Source of the DNA: Octopus sinensis
Taxonomy: Eukaryota
Reading direction: 5' to 3'
Length of the DNA: 64,000 nucleotides
NCBI RefSeq assembly: GCF_006345805.1
Contig: NC_043008.1
Span: 79,112,001 to 79,176,000 of the forward strand
A program made the translations under genes and the position numbers. How positions within the stretch are numbered: the first letter of the stretch is position 1; every line of letters starts with the position of its first letter. The notes beneath the pieces were generated by a model that worked only from the letters and a program-made list of their open reading frames with translations, was not told the origin of the DNA and searched no databases. Shown here in pieces: positions 38,362 to 49,990 of this stretch.

Positions 38362-39815
38362 TATCATCATCATCATTTAACGCCTGTTATCCATGCTGGC
38401 ATGGGTTGGACGGTATGACTGGGCTAGCACGCTGAAAGGCTGTGCCAGGCTCCAGTCTGATCTGGCATGGTTTTTTACAGCTGGACGCCCTTCTTAACGT
38501 CAACCACTCCAAGAGCATAATGCATGTTTTTACATGCCACCGGCACAGGTACCATTTGCATGACACCAGGTCTGCCATGACTGTGATTTTGCTCAGCTTG
38601 ATGAGTCTTCTCAAGCACAACATAATGCCAAATGTCTTGGTCATTGCCTCTGTAAAGCCTAACACTCGAAAGGAACTCTGCCACTTTTCCCCCATGAGGC
38701 CCAATGCTTGAAAGCAACTCAGCCATTTTGCATCTGTGAGGCCCAACACTTGAAAGGATCTCAGCCGCTTGCCTCCATGAGGCCCAATGCTCAAAAGGAA
38801 CTCAGCCACTATGCCCCCACAAGGCTCAACACTCCAAAGTAACTCAGCCACTTTCCCTCCGTGAGGCCCAATGGTCACAGTTGATTTTCTTATGTGCCAC
38901 CAGCACGGGTGTGCTTGGCTTCACAAGTCCTCAGCGCACATCACCAAACGTTTTGGTCACTAGTCATTGCCTCAGTGAGATTCAAGGTTCAAAGATCGCG
39001 CTTCACCACCTCATTCCATGTCTTCTGAGTCTACCTCTACCACAAGTTCTCTCCACAGTTAAAGATCGACACTTCTTTACACAGCTGTCCTCATCCATAT
39101 GCATCACATGAACATACCAGTGCAGTCACCTCTCTTGCACACTACATCTGGTTCCCCTTATGCCTAACTTTTCTCTCAAGATGCTTATACTCTGTCTAAC
39201 ATGCAGCCTGACGTTGCACATCCTGCGAAGCATACTGGCTTCATTCCTCAGCTGTTAAAGCCCATGTTTCACTGCCATGCAGCATAGCTGTTTGCACACA
39301 GGCATTAAACAATCTGCCTTTCACTCTGAGAGAGCCCTTTAGTTACCAGCAAGATTAGGAGCTCTCTGAACTTTGCCCAACATAATCTTATTCTCACAGT
39401 TACACTCTCAGAACATCCACTTTCACTACTAACCTGGCACCTTGATACCGGAAGCTATCTATTACATCTAGCTTCCCCCCCCTGCTCCTGCAGTTGATGG
39501 AGTCTGTTTTACACACATGTTCAGCATTTATTATGCCTCTGCATAGGATCAAAGGATCATTTCTCTGTTAACGTTTCTTTGATGGTGAGGCACCTTTTGT
39601 GTGTCCAAAGATTACACTGGGTGCATCTTAAGGAGTTTCTACTACACCTTTTATAGATTGAACAGGGCTATCTATGAAAGGGGATTTGTGATTTGTCTGC
39701 CTTCTTACTTACTATGACTTTGGATTTTGCTACAGTTAACTCTGAGGCCCTTTGATTCTAGACCTTGTTTCTATACCTGGAACTTCTTCTCTAATTCAGG
39801 TAGTGACTCAGCTGC
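38362..39815 (-). mobile_element. Diverged PHD-RTE copy, tail-to-tail with the previous one
   Basis: catcatcatttaacgcc...ccatgctggcatgggttgg, followed by the reverse complement of the C-terminal ORF and PHD region. Confidence 0.85.
38650..38872. repeat. About 43-bp minisatellite, about 5 units, in the LINE 3'UTR
   Basis: Unit approximately gaggcccaacactcgaaaggaactcagccactttccctccat. Confidence 0.85.
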
Positions 39816-39829
39816 ATACATGTATATAT

Positions 39830-42050
39830 GTGTATATATAGTTGGAATTTACAAAAAAAAAACAATCAAAACAAAAGATGAAGGCGGGTGTATAAACAAC
39901 AAACAGATGTATTAGTTTAACGCTTGAGAAGTGAGAAAGTCTTTTACATTTCGAGCTTACGCTCTTCAACAGAAAGGGACACAGAAATAAACAGAGAGAA
40001 AAAATAAAAAAAGTTTAGAGGCTAGCGATCAATTATGGCAAATGCCAGACAGAGGTGGTCAGACAGGAGAGCTAGGAAGAAGGGAAGATAATAAAATAGT
40101 GGTGTTCCCAAAACAAAGGTGCGCATGCATGTGTGAGAGCATGTATATGTGTGTCGACAGGGGTTGGTGACGTTGACATGTGCATGTGTAGGTGTGTGGA
40201 TGCTGGGAAATAATCAGTGCTAGTGTGTGCAAGGTGATGTGATGTGGTGTGCGGTATAGTGGTGTGTGGTGTGGGTGGAGGTGTGTGATGTAGGGGAAGC
40301 AAGGGTGGTGTGGCAGTGGGGTATGTGGGAGCGGTTAGCCAAGCAGCATCCCATTTGGCCGATGTACAGAGAGAGCAGAAGATGCAGTAGATGACGTTAG
40401 AAGTGCAGGTGAAGGAGTCAGTGATATGATAGGGTTGATGATGGGTGCCTGTGAGGAAGGTGGTGTTAGAGAGGTAAGGGCAAGTATGGCAGTGTGGGTG
40501 GGAGCAGGGGAACAAGCCGGGTCGGGTGGTTGGGTTAGGGAAGAAACGTAGGTTGTGGCTTGTTTGAAGTAGGGGAGGGGTCAGTTAGGGAAGATGTGTC
40601 AGACTGGAGTCGTCGGAAGGCTCGGAGAATGGTGCATTGGAGAGGTAGGGTGGAGGGATGGTAGGTGAGGGAAAGAGGGAAATGGCAGGATGGGTGTGAG
40701 GGAGAGAGCAGATGCATGGTCCACAGAACATGCTCTGGCAAGGGCAGTGTGGATAGTGGTGAGGGGATATCCACATAAGATGAAGTGGCGAGCCATGAGT
40801 TGAGACTGAATCTCAAAGTCATGGTTGTCACTGCAGAGTCTGCACAGACGGAAGAATTGGGAAAAGGGGATGCAGAGCTTGGTGTGTTTAGAGTGGGAGG
40901 AGAAGTTGAGGTATTAGTATGAGTCTGTGGGTTTGTAGCGGATGGAGGTGGTGAGAATGGAGTGATGAATGCTGACCGATATGTCAAGAAAGGCGATGGA
41001 AGTGTTGGAAATAGTGCAAGACAAGTGGAGGACAGGATGGAATGATTTGACAAAAGAGAAGGAGTCTAGTTGTTCACGGGAGAGTGAGGTTGCACTGATG
41101 GAGTCGTCAGTATAACGACTGTATAGTTCAGGAATGGAACCAGTGAAACTTGAGAATATTCGGGTTTCAACGTAGCCAATGAACACGTTCGCATAGATGG
41201 GGCCCATTATCATTCCCATGGCCACTTCCAAGACCTGCTGGTAAAAATCACCCACGAACGAGAAGCAGTTAAGGGAGAGAACAAATTTGGCCAGATGAAG
41301 AAATGTGGAGGTGTCAGGTTGGGGGTTGGGTCAAAGGTCAAGGTAGTGTTAGAATGCATGAAGCCCCTCGTGGTGAGGAATCACTGGGTATAGGCTCTTG
41401 ATGTCAAGAGTGAAGAGAAGTTTAGAGGGGCAGGAAGAAGGAGAAAGATTTGAACAGATGAAGAGCATGGTTGATGTCATGAATGCGAGAGGGGAAGGAA
41501 ACCACTAGGGGGCAACGAACGAGAAGCAGTTAAGGGAGAGAACAAGTTCGGCCAGATGAAGAAATGTGGAAGTGTCAGGTTGGGGGTTGGGTCAAAGGTC
41601 AAGGTAGTGTTAGAATGCATGAAGCCCCTCGTGGTGAGGAATCACTGAGAAATAGATATCTGGAGATGAGTTCGGTGGGGCAGTTGCAGATGGAGACAAA
41701 GGGGCGGCCAGGGTTATTAGGCTTGTGGATTTGGGGGAGAAAGTAAATTGTGGGGGTGCAAATGGTGCGGACAATGAGGTTGGAGGTGATGGCAGGAGGA
41801 GATGAGGTCATGGAGAGTGGAGGACACAGTCTGTTGGTAGCTGGGCGTGGGGTTGGAGGGCAGTAGGTGTCTTGAAGTTGGCAGAGAGCTTCAGCCTTGT
41901 AGAGGCCCATGCGCCACACCACTACGGCTCCACCCTTATTGGTTGGTTTTATGATGATGTCTTTGCAGCATCGGAGACATCAAAGGGCCAAAAGTTTGGC
42001 TGCGGAGATGTTCAGATGTCAGGGACATCTGGAAAAGTCAAACCGGTCCA
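39830..42050 (-). mobile_element. Penelope-like element relic (RT, GIY-YIG remnant, terminal repeat)
   Basis: DIIIKPTNKGGAVVVW, YFLPQIHKPNNPGRP, AMGMIMGPIYANVFIG, YSRYTDD, FLDISV, YKPTDS, FTCTSNVIYCIFC. A 131-bp duplication lies at 41256-41386 and 41517-41647. Confidence 0.9.
39941..39976 (-). ncRNA. Minimal hammerhead ribozyme relic
   Basis: Minus strand: cttt CTGTTGA a GAGC gtaa GCTC GAAA t GTA|aaag. Stems I and II are intact; there are two substitutions relative to the expected CTGATGA and GAAACGTA. Confidence 0.65.
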
Positions 42051-42440
42051 CAGCATGTAAAGGAAGATGGAAGTATGCACAACTGGCCTATCCTTCTAGG
42101 GGCAACAACGTTAATGATGCTATCTCTGAGATGGATGTACTTTCAGCCCATATCTTAGCCTGATTAAACTGTATGTATTGTAAGCTCTGAGACTCAATCT
42201 TAACAGCATTGTCTATGACATGTTGTTGAAAAAAAGTCATGAGAAAGATGTAGGTGATTGAAACTGCTGTCTCTAACCATGTACCGATAGGTATAGTAAG
42301 CCATAAACGTACCTGATTTACTGCCAACAGAACCCGCCTCTAATAGGTTTTGTTGGGGAATGTTTAAATGAAAATCATCTTCTCCATGAGTATGAAGTAG
42401 GGGATACTGAAGTGCATCATAAGACCTATGGGTTTCACAA
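42030..42440 (-). mobile_element. Helitron Rep N-terminal fragment
   Basis: ICETHRSYDALQYPLL..GED..YYTYRYMVR..FNHLHLS, then AVKIESQSLQYIQFNQ and a ILPSSF-like motif. Confidence 0.85.
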
Positions 42441-42691
42441 ATTTGTTTGAGCGCATCGTCTTGGTGGCTCAAGACTATGTACCTATTTTGGTGTTGCTAA
42501 ATACTCGAAATACTAGAGTAGAAAAACAGCCAACAACCAATGAAGAGTTGTTCTTTATGCTGTTTGTCTTGTTTTCCATTTGTGTCTTTCATTGTTCGAA
42601 AAAAAAGTTCATATTCCATGTACTTGTATTTTTGTTGTTGTACACGTTTTTTGATGTCCTGTGCCCACACATGCATATATATATATATATA

Positions 42692-45367
42692 GTGACTTTA
42701 GGATCAGGACTAAGAGGACGACAAACATGGAGAAGAAGGGTCTGGAAGCTTAAAGATCCTGTGAATGGACAGAGATTTAGAGACATATTACTTGAAGCCT
42801 TTGACGAAATAGAAGGGGGTATAGCTTCACATGGGGTAGAAGACAACTGGAGGTCTCTAAGGGACAACCTGCTGAGAGCCACTGACCAGATCTGTGGTTG
42901 GTGCAAAGTCCCCTCAAGACCCAAAATAACGTGGTGGTGGAACAATATTGTTGACAGGGCTATTAGGGAAAAGAAACAGGCTTGGAAGGACTGGAAGAAC
43001 GGTGGTAGCAGAGAAGTGTATCAGACTGCCAGAAGGGAAGCTAGGAGGCAAGTGTATTTAGCCAGAGGGGAAGCAGATAAGAAAAAATTTGCCAATGTTC
43101 TGCGCCGTGAGGATGAAAGACTTGAGGTATTTCGTGTTGCAAGACAGTGTGTGAGAGAGAATCGTGATGTGGTAGGAGAGAAATATGTTCGCAAGGATGA
43201 TGGTTCACTTGCGCTAAATGAGGATGCAAAGAGAGAGGTTTGGAGACGCCACTATGAAAGGTTGCTGAATAAAGAAAATGAATGGGATACAGAGAGTATG
43301 CCGAATGTCGACCCAACAGAGGGACCAGCAATCCGAGTTGACAGTTCCTCAGTAGTTAAGGCAATTACAAGCATGAAGACAGGGAAAGCCCCAGGCCCAT
43401 CAGGAATTACTGCAGAGATGCTCAAAATATCTGGTCGTGTCAGCTATAGCCTAGTCACCCATATAGTTAACCAGGTGATACATGAAGGAGTCATTCCCAA
43501 TGACTGGTGTAGCAGCATAATAGTCAACTGCTACAAAGGTAAAGGTGACGCCCTAGATACAAATAATTACAGGGGTATCAAGCTGCTGGATCAGGTAATG
43601 AAGGTTACGGAGAAGGTTATAGCCCAACTAATTAGAGAGAGAGTTAGCTTAGATGAGATGCAGTTTCGGTTCGTGCCAGGGAAAAGTACTACTGATGCTA
43701 TATTCCTGGTAAGACAGCTGCAGGAGAAATACCTAGCCAAAGATAAGCCCCTGTACCTGGCTTTTGTTGACATGGAGAAAGCCTTTGACAGGGTCCCCCG
43801 ATCCCTTATCTGGTGGTCAATGAGGAAACTAGGGATAGATGAATGGTTAGTGAGAGCTGTGCGAGCCATGTACAGAGACGCTGCTAGTAAGGTGAGGGTT
43901 GGCAACGAGTACAGTGAAGAATTCCGGGTAGAGGTTGGGGTCCACCATGGTTCAGTCCTCAGTCCCCTCCTATTTATCATAGTCCTCCAGGCAATAACAG
44001 AGGAATTCAAGACAGGATGCCCCTGGGAGCTCCTCTATACTGATGATCTTGCTCTAAATGCTGAGTCACTATCAGAACTGGAGGAGAAGTTTCAGGTGTG
44101 GAAGCAAGGATTAGAATCGAAGGGCCTTAGAATCAACGTCCTAATAAGTAGGAAGGTAGACCAATCACAAACGCCTTCAGGTAGATGGCCCTGCTCGATC
44201 TGTAGAAAAGGTGTAGGTAGAAACTCTATAAGATGCACCAAGTGTAAGCTATGGACACATAAGAGGTGCAGCAATGTCAAAGGAAGGCTAACTAGGAAAA
44301 TAGTTTTTGTTGTGGCAGATACTCAGGAGCAATAAACACTGAAAATGTGCAGAGACCAACTTCTACTACATTCCAGGGAGAAAAACTAGTAGTTGATAGC
44401 TTCCGTTACCTAGGTGACCAAGTCAGTAGCGGGGGTGGGTGTGCTGAAAGTGTAACTGCTAGAGTAAGAATAGCTTGGGCAAAGTTCAGAGAGCTCTTAC
44501 CTCTGCTGGTGACAAAAGGCCTCTCGCTCAGAGTAAAAGGCAGACTGCATGATGCATGTGTACGAACGGCCATGCTACACGGTAGTGAAACATGGGCTGT
44601 GACTGCTGATGATATGCATAAGCTCGCAAGAAATGAAGCCAGTATGATCCGATGGATGTGTAATGTCAGTGTTCATACTCGACAGAGTGTAAGTACCTTG
44701 AGAGAGAAGCTGGGCCTAAGAAGCATGAGATGTGGTGTGCAAGAGAGATGTTTGCGCTGGTATGGTCATGTGACGAGAATGGCTGAAGATAGTTGTGTGC
44801 AAAAGTGCCACACCCTAGCAGTTGAGGGAACCTGTGGAAGAGGTAGACCCAGGAAAACCTGGGATGAGGTAGTGAAGCACAACCTTCGAACTTTAGGTCT
44901 CACCAAGGAAATGACTAGAGACCGAGACCTATGGAAGTATGCTGTGCGTGAGAAGACCCGGCAGAACTAGTGAGACCGTAGCCAGTCGACTTATGCATAC
45001 CTTTCCTTCTTGGGACACAAAACTCCACTTGTGAAGACCCGTTGAGGCAAGTGGAAATCAAATCAAATCAAATCACGTAAGTGAACCATCCGATCGTGGC
45101 CGTTACCAGCGCCACCCCGACTGGCCTCCGTGCACATAAAAAGCACCATCCGTCCGTGGCCGTTTGCCAGCTCCGTCTGGCACGTAGAAAGCACCCACTA
45201 CACTCACGGAGTGGTTGGCGTTAGGAAGGGCATCCAGCCGTAGAAACACTGCCAGATCAGACTGGGCCTGGTGCAGCCTTCTGGCTTTCCAGACCCCAGT
45301 TGAACCGTCCAACCCATGCTAGCATGGAAAGCGGATGCTAAATGATGATGTTGATGATGATGATGAT
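42692..45367 (+). mobile_element. Young PHD-RTE copy, 5'-truncated, flanked by (TA)n on both sides
   Basis: Open frame through most of RT (the part of ORF 42428-44335 downstream of 42692), YADD changed to YTDD, a small deletion before the PHD, a frameshift near 44310, ORF 44347-44970, and a (GAT)n tail. Confidence 0.95.
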
Positions 45368-45384
45368 ATATATATATGTGTGTG

Positions 45385-45703
45385 TAGCTGTGATACCAGT
45401 GCCGGTGGCACGTAAGAGAACCATCCGAACGTGGCCGTTGCCAGCACCGCCCTGACTGGCCTCCGTGCCGGTGGCACATAAAAAGCACCATTTGATCGTG
45501 GCCGTTTGCTAGCCTCGTCTGGCACGTAAAAAACACCCACTACACTGACAGAGCGGTTGGCATTAGGAAGGGCATCCAGCTGTAGAAACACCGCCAGATC
45601 AGACTGGGCCTGGCGCAGCTTTCTGGCTTCCCAGACCCCGGTTGAACCATCCGACCCATGCTAGCATGGAAAGCGGACGTTAAGCGATGATGATGATGAT
45701 GAT
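45385..45703 (+). mobile_element. Additional PHD-RTE 3'UTR-only copy
   Basis: A second accagtgccggtggca...catgctagcatggaaagcggacg..gatgatgat directly after the previous tail. Confidence 0.85.
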
Positions 45704-45715
45704 ATATATATATTA

Positions 45716-46800
45716 CACTGGTCAACAAAATGAAACTTTTTTAATCATCAGAGTTGCTGATTGACTTTTCTGGGTTAATTTTTTATGCTGATTACAAATC
45801 TGAAGTCCAATTTCCTCTATCAGTTAATGATACCTGCTGTTTTAACTTTACATAAAGCATGTCTATATAAAGTATACTGAATGCAATATCTTGATGAAAG
45901 CATTCCTCTTGCTCATCAGACACTGCTCCAAGTTTCTCTGAAAAAAAGTCCAGATGTAAATCAAGGAAATGGACTTTTAGTGACATCTGACAGCCCATTG
46001 CAGCATAGGAGTCTAGAAGACATTTCACTCCATTTCTAAACTCTAGAGATCTCTTGATGCCCAGGAAATTTTCACAGAGCCATTTGAAGATTCCCAGGCT
46101 TTAAGCTCAATCTCATCCAGTGCTGTAAGGAAGTGGTTGTCCTTCAGAAGTTCTTTTATCTGCGGACCTATGAATACGCCCTCCTTCAGTTTTGCCTCAA
46201 TGATTTTTGGAAATTCGGCCTTCACATATTCAAAACCTTTTGAGCTTTTCCTGGCAAGTGTCTTCACAAGGCCAAGCTTTATGTGAAGAGTGAGGAAGAA
46301 CATTTTCTGGGTTTAAATGTGGCTTGCTCTGGATGCTAGAAACTCCCAGCTCATATGATTTTTGCAAAGGTGACTCTGATTGCACATAGTGCTTGTTAGT
46401 TGCATGGCTGTCCCATAAGCATATAAAGCAACAATATTTCATGAACGCAGATTGCATTCCCTTCAACATTCACCTTCAAGACTCCACATATTTTCCAGCT
46501 CTAGTTTGTATACTTTATGACATTGAGGAGTATTTGCATGTTTTCATAACACTCCTTCATGTGCACTGAATGTCCTATGGGAATGGATGGTTTCTTCTTG
46601 CCGTTGTGTAGTAGTACTGCCTTGAGGCTTGTCTTAGATGAATCAATGAAAAAGCACCATTCAGCTGTAACATGCTCTTGGAACAAACAGCGAAATAACT
46701 CATCAGTGTTATTAGTGAAACAAACATGCAAAAACTCTAATGTATTTTTTAGATGAATTTATCGTTTGTTATCTCTCCACACACTTTGTTACCATTAACT
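45716..46800 (-). mobile_element. DNA transposon relic, Chapaev3 (CMC)-like transposase
   Basis: Broken ORFs give EWCFFIDSSKTSLKAVLLHNG, CCFICLWDS, LHIKLGLVK, KLKEGVFIGPQI, MSLKVHFL..HLDFF..LGAVSDEQ.E.FHQDI. The terminus is tta|CACTGGTCAAC. The family name comes from recalled motifs. Confidence 0.75.
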
Positions 46801-46849
46801 TCTATAACCACTGCATTCTCACTTATTCATTTCAAACTTCTTTGAATTT

Positions 46850-47790
46850 TTGGATCTATTCCATCTGAATTTCAGATAATATTTTTGTAACTAAACAGTT
46901 TGACAGTTCGAATACTGGAAGAATTTCTCACATAAAACACAGTTTACTCGGAACGTTTTGGACAAAATTTTGTATTTTAGAAGCTATTTCATGTTAAAGT
47001 TGTCGTATTTGGGTAATTTTAACAAGTCAGCAACATGAATTCTGTTGAAGAAAGCTACTGCTGTTTGCGATAGTAATCGAAGAGGAACAATTTCCAGGTC
47101 ATCCCTACTAAACGTCACCACTCTGTTCTATTTGTATGTTGTGTGAAGACGATATCAGGTTTATCCTTTCTAGTCATCACTGTACATTCCTTACTCTTTT
47201 CCTCCCTTCTACACTATCAACTACCAACCAGTGAGCGAACTTGTCACTGCCACTACAATTACCGTATTTTCTGGTATATAAGCCACTGTTTGTTTTGTTT
47301 TACCTTCATGTTTTGATTATGTTATTTTTTATCTAATAAAGACTTTTATATTGACGAAATGTGTTTGTTGTTGATTATAGTAAAATAAAATCATGACAAT
47401 AACAATATATCTCGTACTTGTAAAATAAGGCACTTTGAAGCTACATATATGTCAACAACAAAAAAGTTAGCTGCAGGCTCGTTGCTCTATGGTGTTGATT
47501 CTTCAAACAGAGTGGTGACATTTAGTAGAGATGACCCGGAAAATGTTACTCTTCGATTACTATCGCAAACAGCAGCAGATTTCTTCAATACACATCGTTG
47601 ATTAGTTGAAATGACCCAAATACGACAACTTTAACACGAAATAACTTCTAAAATATGATATTTTGTCCAAAACTTTCAGAGTAACCATGTTCTACGTGAG
47701 AAATTCTATCAGTATTCGAAGTTTCAAACTTTGTAGTTAAAAAAAAATAAATTAAAAAAATCTGTGATTGAGTTGGAACAGATGCGAATT
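46850..47790. mobile_element. MITE-like element with long (about 240 bp) diverged terminal inverted repeats
   Basis: 46853-47095 versus the reverse complement of 47537-47783 (for example ttaaagttgtcgtatttggg, tgctgtttgcgatagtaatcgaagag); no ORF. Confidence 0.8.
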
Positions 47791-48404
47791 CTCAATCTAA
47801 TGTACTCCACACTCTCTTGAAAACGTATTTCTGCAAAATGTTATCTAAAATTATGGGTAAAGAAAGAAATAGCAAAAAATATTTGAAAATGGAGGTGGGG
47901 GTGAATTTTCTGCAGGTTCCACCCCACCTCACCCCGTTTTCCGGACCCCCAAAAGGGGTTTGTAGCATATTAGGTCACCGGAATTCATTCAACGAAAAAA
48001 AAAATGTCCAATGATTCCGGGATATGAGGGGGGGGGGCTCCGGTTTCCCAACCCACCTTTTTTCCGAATAAAGATAAGGAGTTTGCAGCATCTTAGGGCG
48101 TCAGGGTACTAGATTCCACGCAAAAAATCCGAGTTTCTTTTTTGTTTTTAATTTTTTGGTTAATGTTTAAACATTAACCTTTTTTTTTTTCTTAGTGAAA
48201 ATGGTGAGGGTGAAAGGATCAAAATTTACCTACATCTGTAGGAAAACCAGATCACCCTTGATTGGTTCCATTTCAGTCAACTTCAGAAGGATGAAAAGTA
48301 AGGTTGACTCCAGTAGAAGTAGAAGATAAGCACAACATAGCACTTTGCCTGATGCTATGAGGATTCTGCCGGTGCGACACAAGTTCACATATACCACTAA
48401 TACT

Positions 48405-48590
48405 TTTAGAAAAATGGCTTTAAACTTGCCATTTTTCCATTACTGCCACACAAACGGACTTTTTGCAGGTCAAAGAAATCAAAAATTTATACCTGTATTA
48501 ACGCTTGAACTTCTAGGTCAAGTTTCACGATTTCTTGTAAACATATTTTGACGTGGACGTCTTCGGCTTCCATTTTTAACCGGTGTAAGA
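48405..48590 (+). promoter_or_regulatory. Candidate promoter and non-coding first exon of the PUB-domain gene
   Basis: YY1-like aaaatggc (48411) and gccatttt (48428) as an inverted pair, CRE-like tgacgt (48549), ttccatttt (about 48568), possible donor gtaaga at 48585. Motif inspection only. Confidence 0.35.
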
Positions 48591-49316
48591 TGAACTTATT
48601 CTCCCTCTAAAATAATATTCCGTATTTTAAAAGCGAACTTCTTAAATAGGGAATTTTAGGTTGTGTTGTGCCTGGAGAACTCACATAAAGAATCTTACAA
48701 ACCAAATCCAAAAACGAATTTTAGATTGTTTCTCTTCTTTCCCCGCATAAACTTTGCACAATTACAAGCATAATAAAATTTTGAAATATTTGAAATTCAG
48801 ATGATCTGTTTATGTGAGCGAAATAGAAAAAAATACATATCGTCTTTAAGTTTGCAGTGCAAAAACTATAATTGGCCAAAATCAGTCCGGACGTGATTGA
48901 AAAAAATCATAAATTCTCAAAAGTTTTTCCCCCTCATTTCAAAGGCTGAGGGGGCAAAAAATGGAAAATACCCGTCAAAAGAAGAAAATAGAACTTATGT
49001 GGGCGTCGTGATCAGAAACTTTTAAGTGCACTCTTAATTTGACTGAGGAGTATAACTGAGCTATTTAATAATATGGTTTGAGTGAACATTATTATTATGA
49101 CAAAAATCAAGTGATACGCAACAAATAAATCAAGTATTCGAATGGGGTGTAAAGAATAAAATAGAATTACGTCCCTTTTCATATTAACCCTAAACGTTGA
49201 CATAATCATAGTCAGACACTTCTAAAATCTTGATGTTTATGATATATTTATAACTGCAAAAACTCTTGATTTTTCTACTTTATTTTATAGCTGATACATT
49301 TCTACCAAATTTTAAT

Positions 49317-49541
49317 ATGGCACATGGATATGATTATGATTTTTTAAACGACATATGTGACAATCCGCAAAGCGTGGTTGATGATACATTACGTGTTATA
49401 CTTAGGATTTGTAAGAACATAACAGACAACCCCGGGGAGCAGAAATACCGTCGCCTTCGTATCGGTAACAAGATTGTACAAGAAAAAATCTTGCCTGTTG
49501 ACGGAGCTTTTAACTGTCTATTAGCAATAGGCTTCCAAGAG
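49317..49541 (+). CDS. NGLY1: PUB (PUG) domain exon, probable first coding exon of peptide:N-glycanase (partial gene)
   Basis: MAHGYDYDFLNDICDNPQSVVDDTLRVILRICKNITDNPGEQKYRRLRIGNKIVQEKILPVDGAFNCLLAIGFQE aligns by eye with the NGLY1 N-terminus (NILRNPNDEKYRSIRIGN...LLPVRGAVECLFEMGFEE). Acceptor tattttatag at 49290; phase-0 donor gag|gtaaac at 49542. Another PUB-domain gene cannot be excluded. Confidence 0.8.
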
Positions 49542-49619
49542 GTAAACTTTTTTTCTATTTCCTTTTATATGCTTGGTACTTTCACATATATATACATATA
49601 TATATATATACTCTCTTTA

Positions 49620-49990
49620 CTCTTTTACTCGTTTCAGTCATTTGACTGTGGGCATGCTGGAGCACCACCTTTAGTCGAGCAAATCCACCCCATAACTTAT
49701 TCTTTGTAAGCTCAGTACTTATTCTATCGGTCTTGTTTGCCGAACCGCTAAGTAACGGGGACGTATACACACCACCATCGGTTGTCAAGCGATGTTGGGG
49801 GCGACAAACACACACACATGTATATACATATATACGACGGGCTTCTTTCAGTTTCCGTCTACCAAATTCACTCACAAGGCTTTGGTCGGCCCGAGGCCAT
49901 AGTAGAAGACACTTGCCCAAAGTGCCACGCTGTGGGACTGAACCCGGAACCATGTGGTTGGTAAGCAAGCTACTTAGCACACAGCCACTC
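49620..49990 (-). mobile_element. tRNA-derived SINE (octopus OK/OR-like) in the intron
   Basis: Minus strand head gagtggctgtgtgctaagtag...ggttccgggttcagtcccac (A/B boxes), core ttgggcaagtgtcttctactatggcctcggg, tail gactgaaacgagtaaaagag. Confidence 0.85.

Noticed and set aside
38650-38872. Regularly spaced repeats resembling a CRISPR array
   Set aside because: Contiguous diverged tandem units without unique spacers, in a eukaryotic LINE UTR with no cas genes.
42428-42691. N-terminal 88 aa of the 635-aa ORF, suggesting a novel RT fusion protein
   Set aside because: Read-through of unrelated AT-rich and Helitron-antisense sequence and (TA)n upstream of a 5'-truncated LINE.
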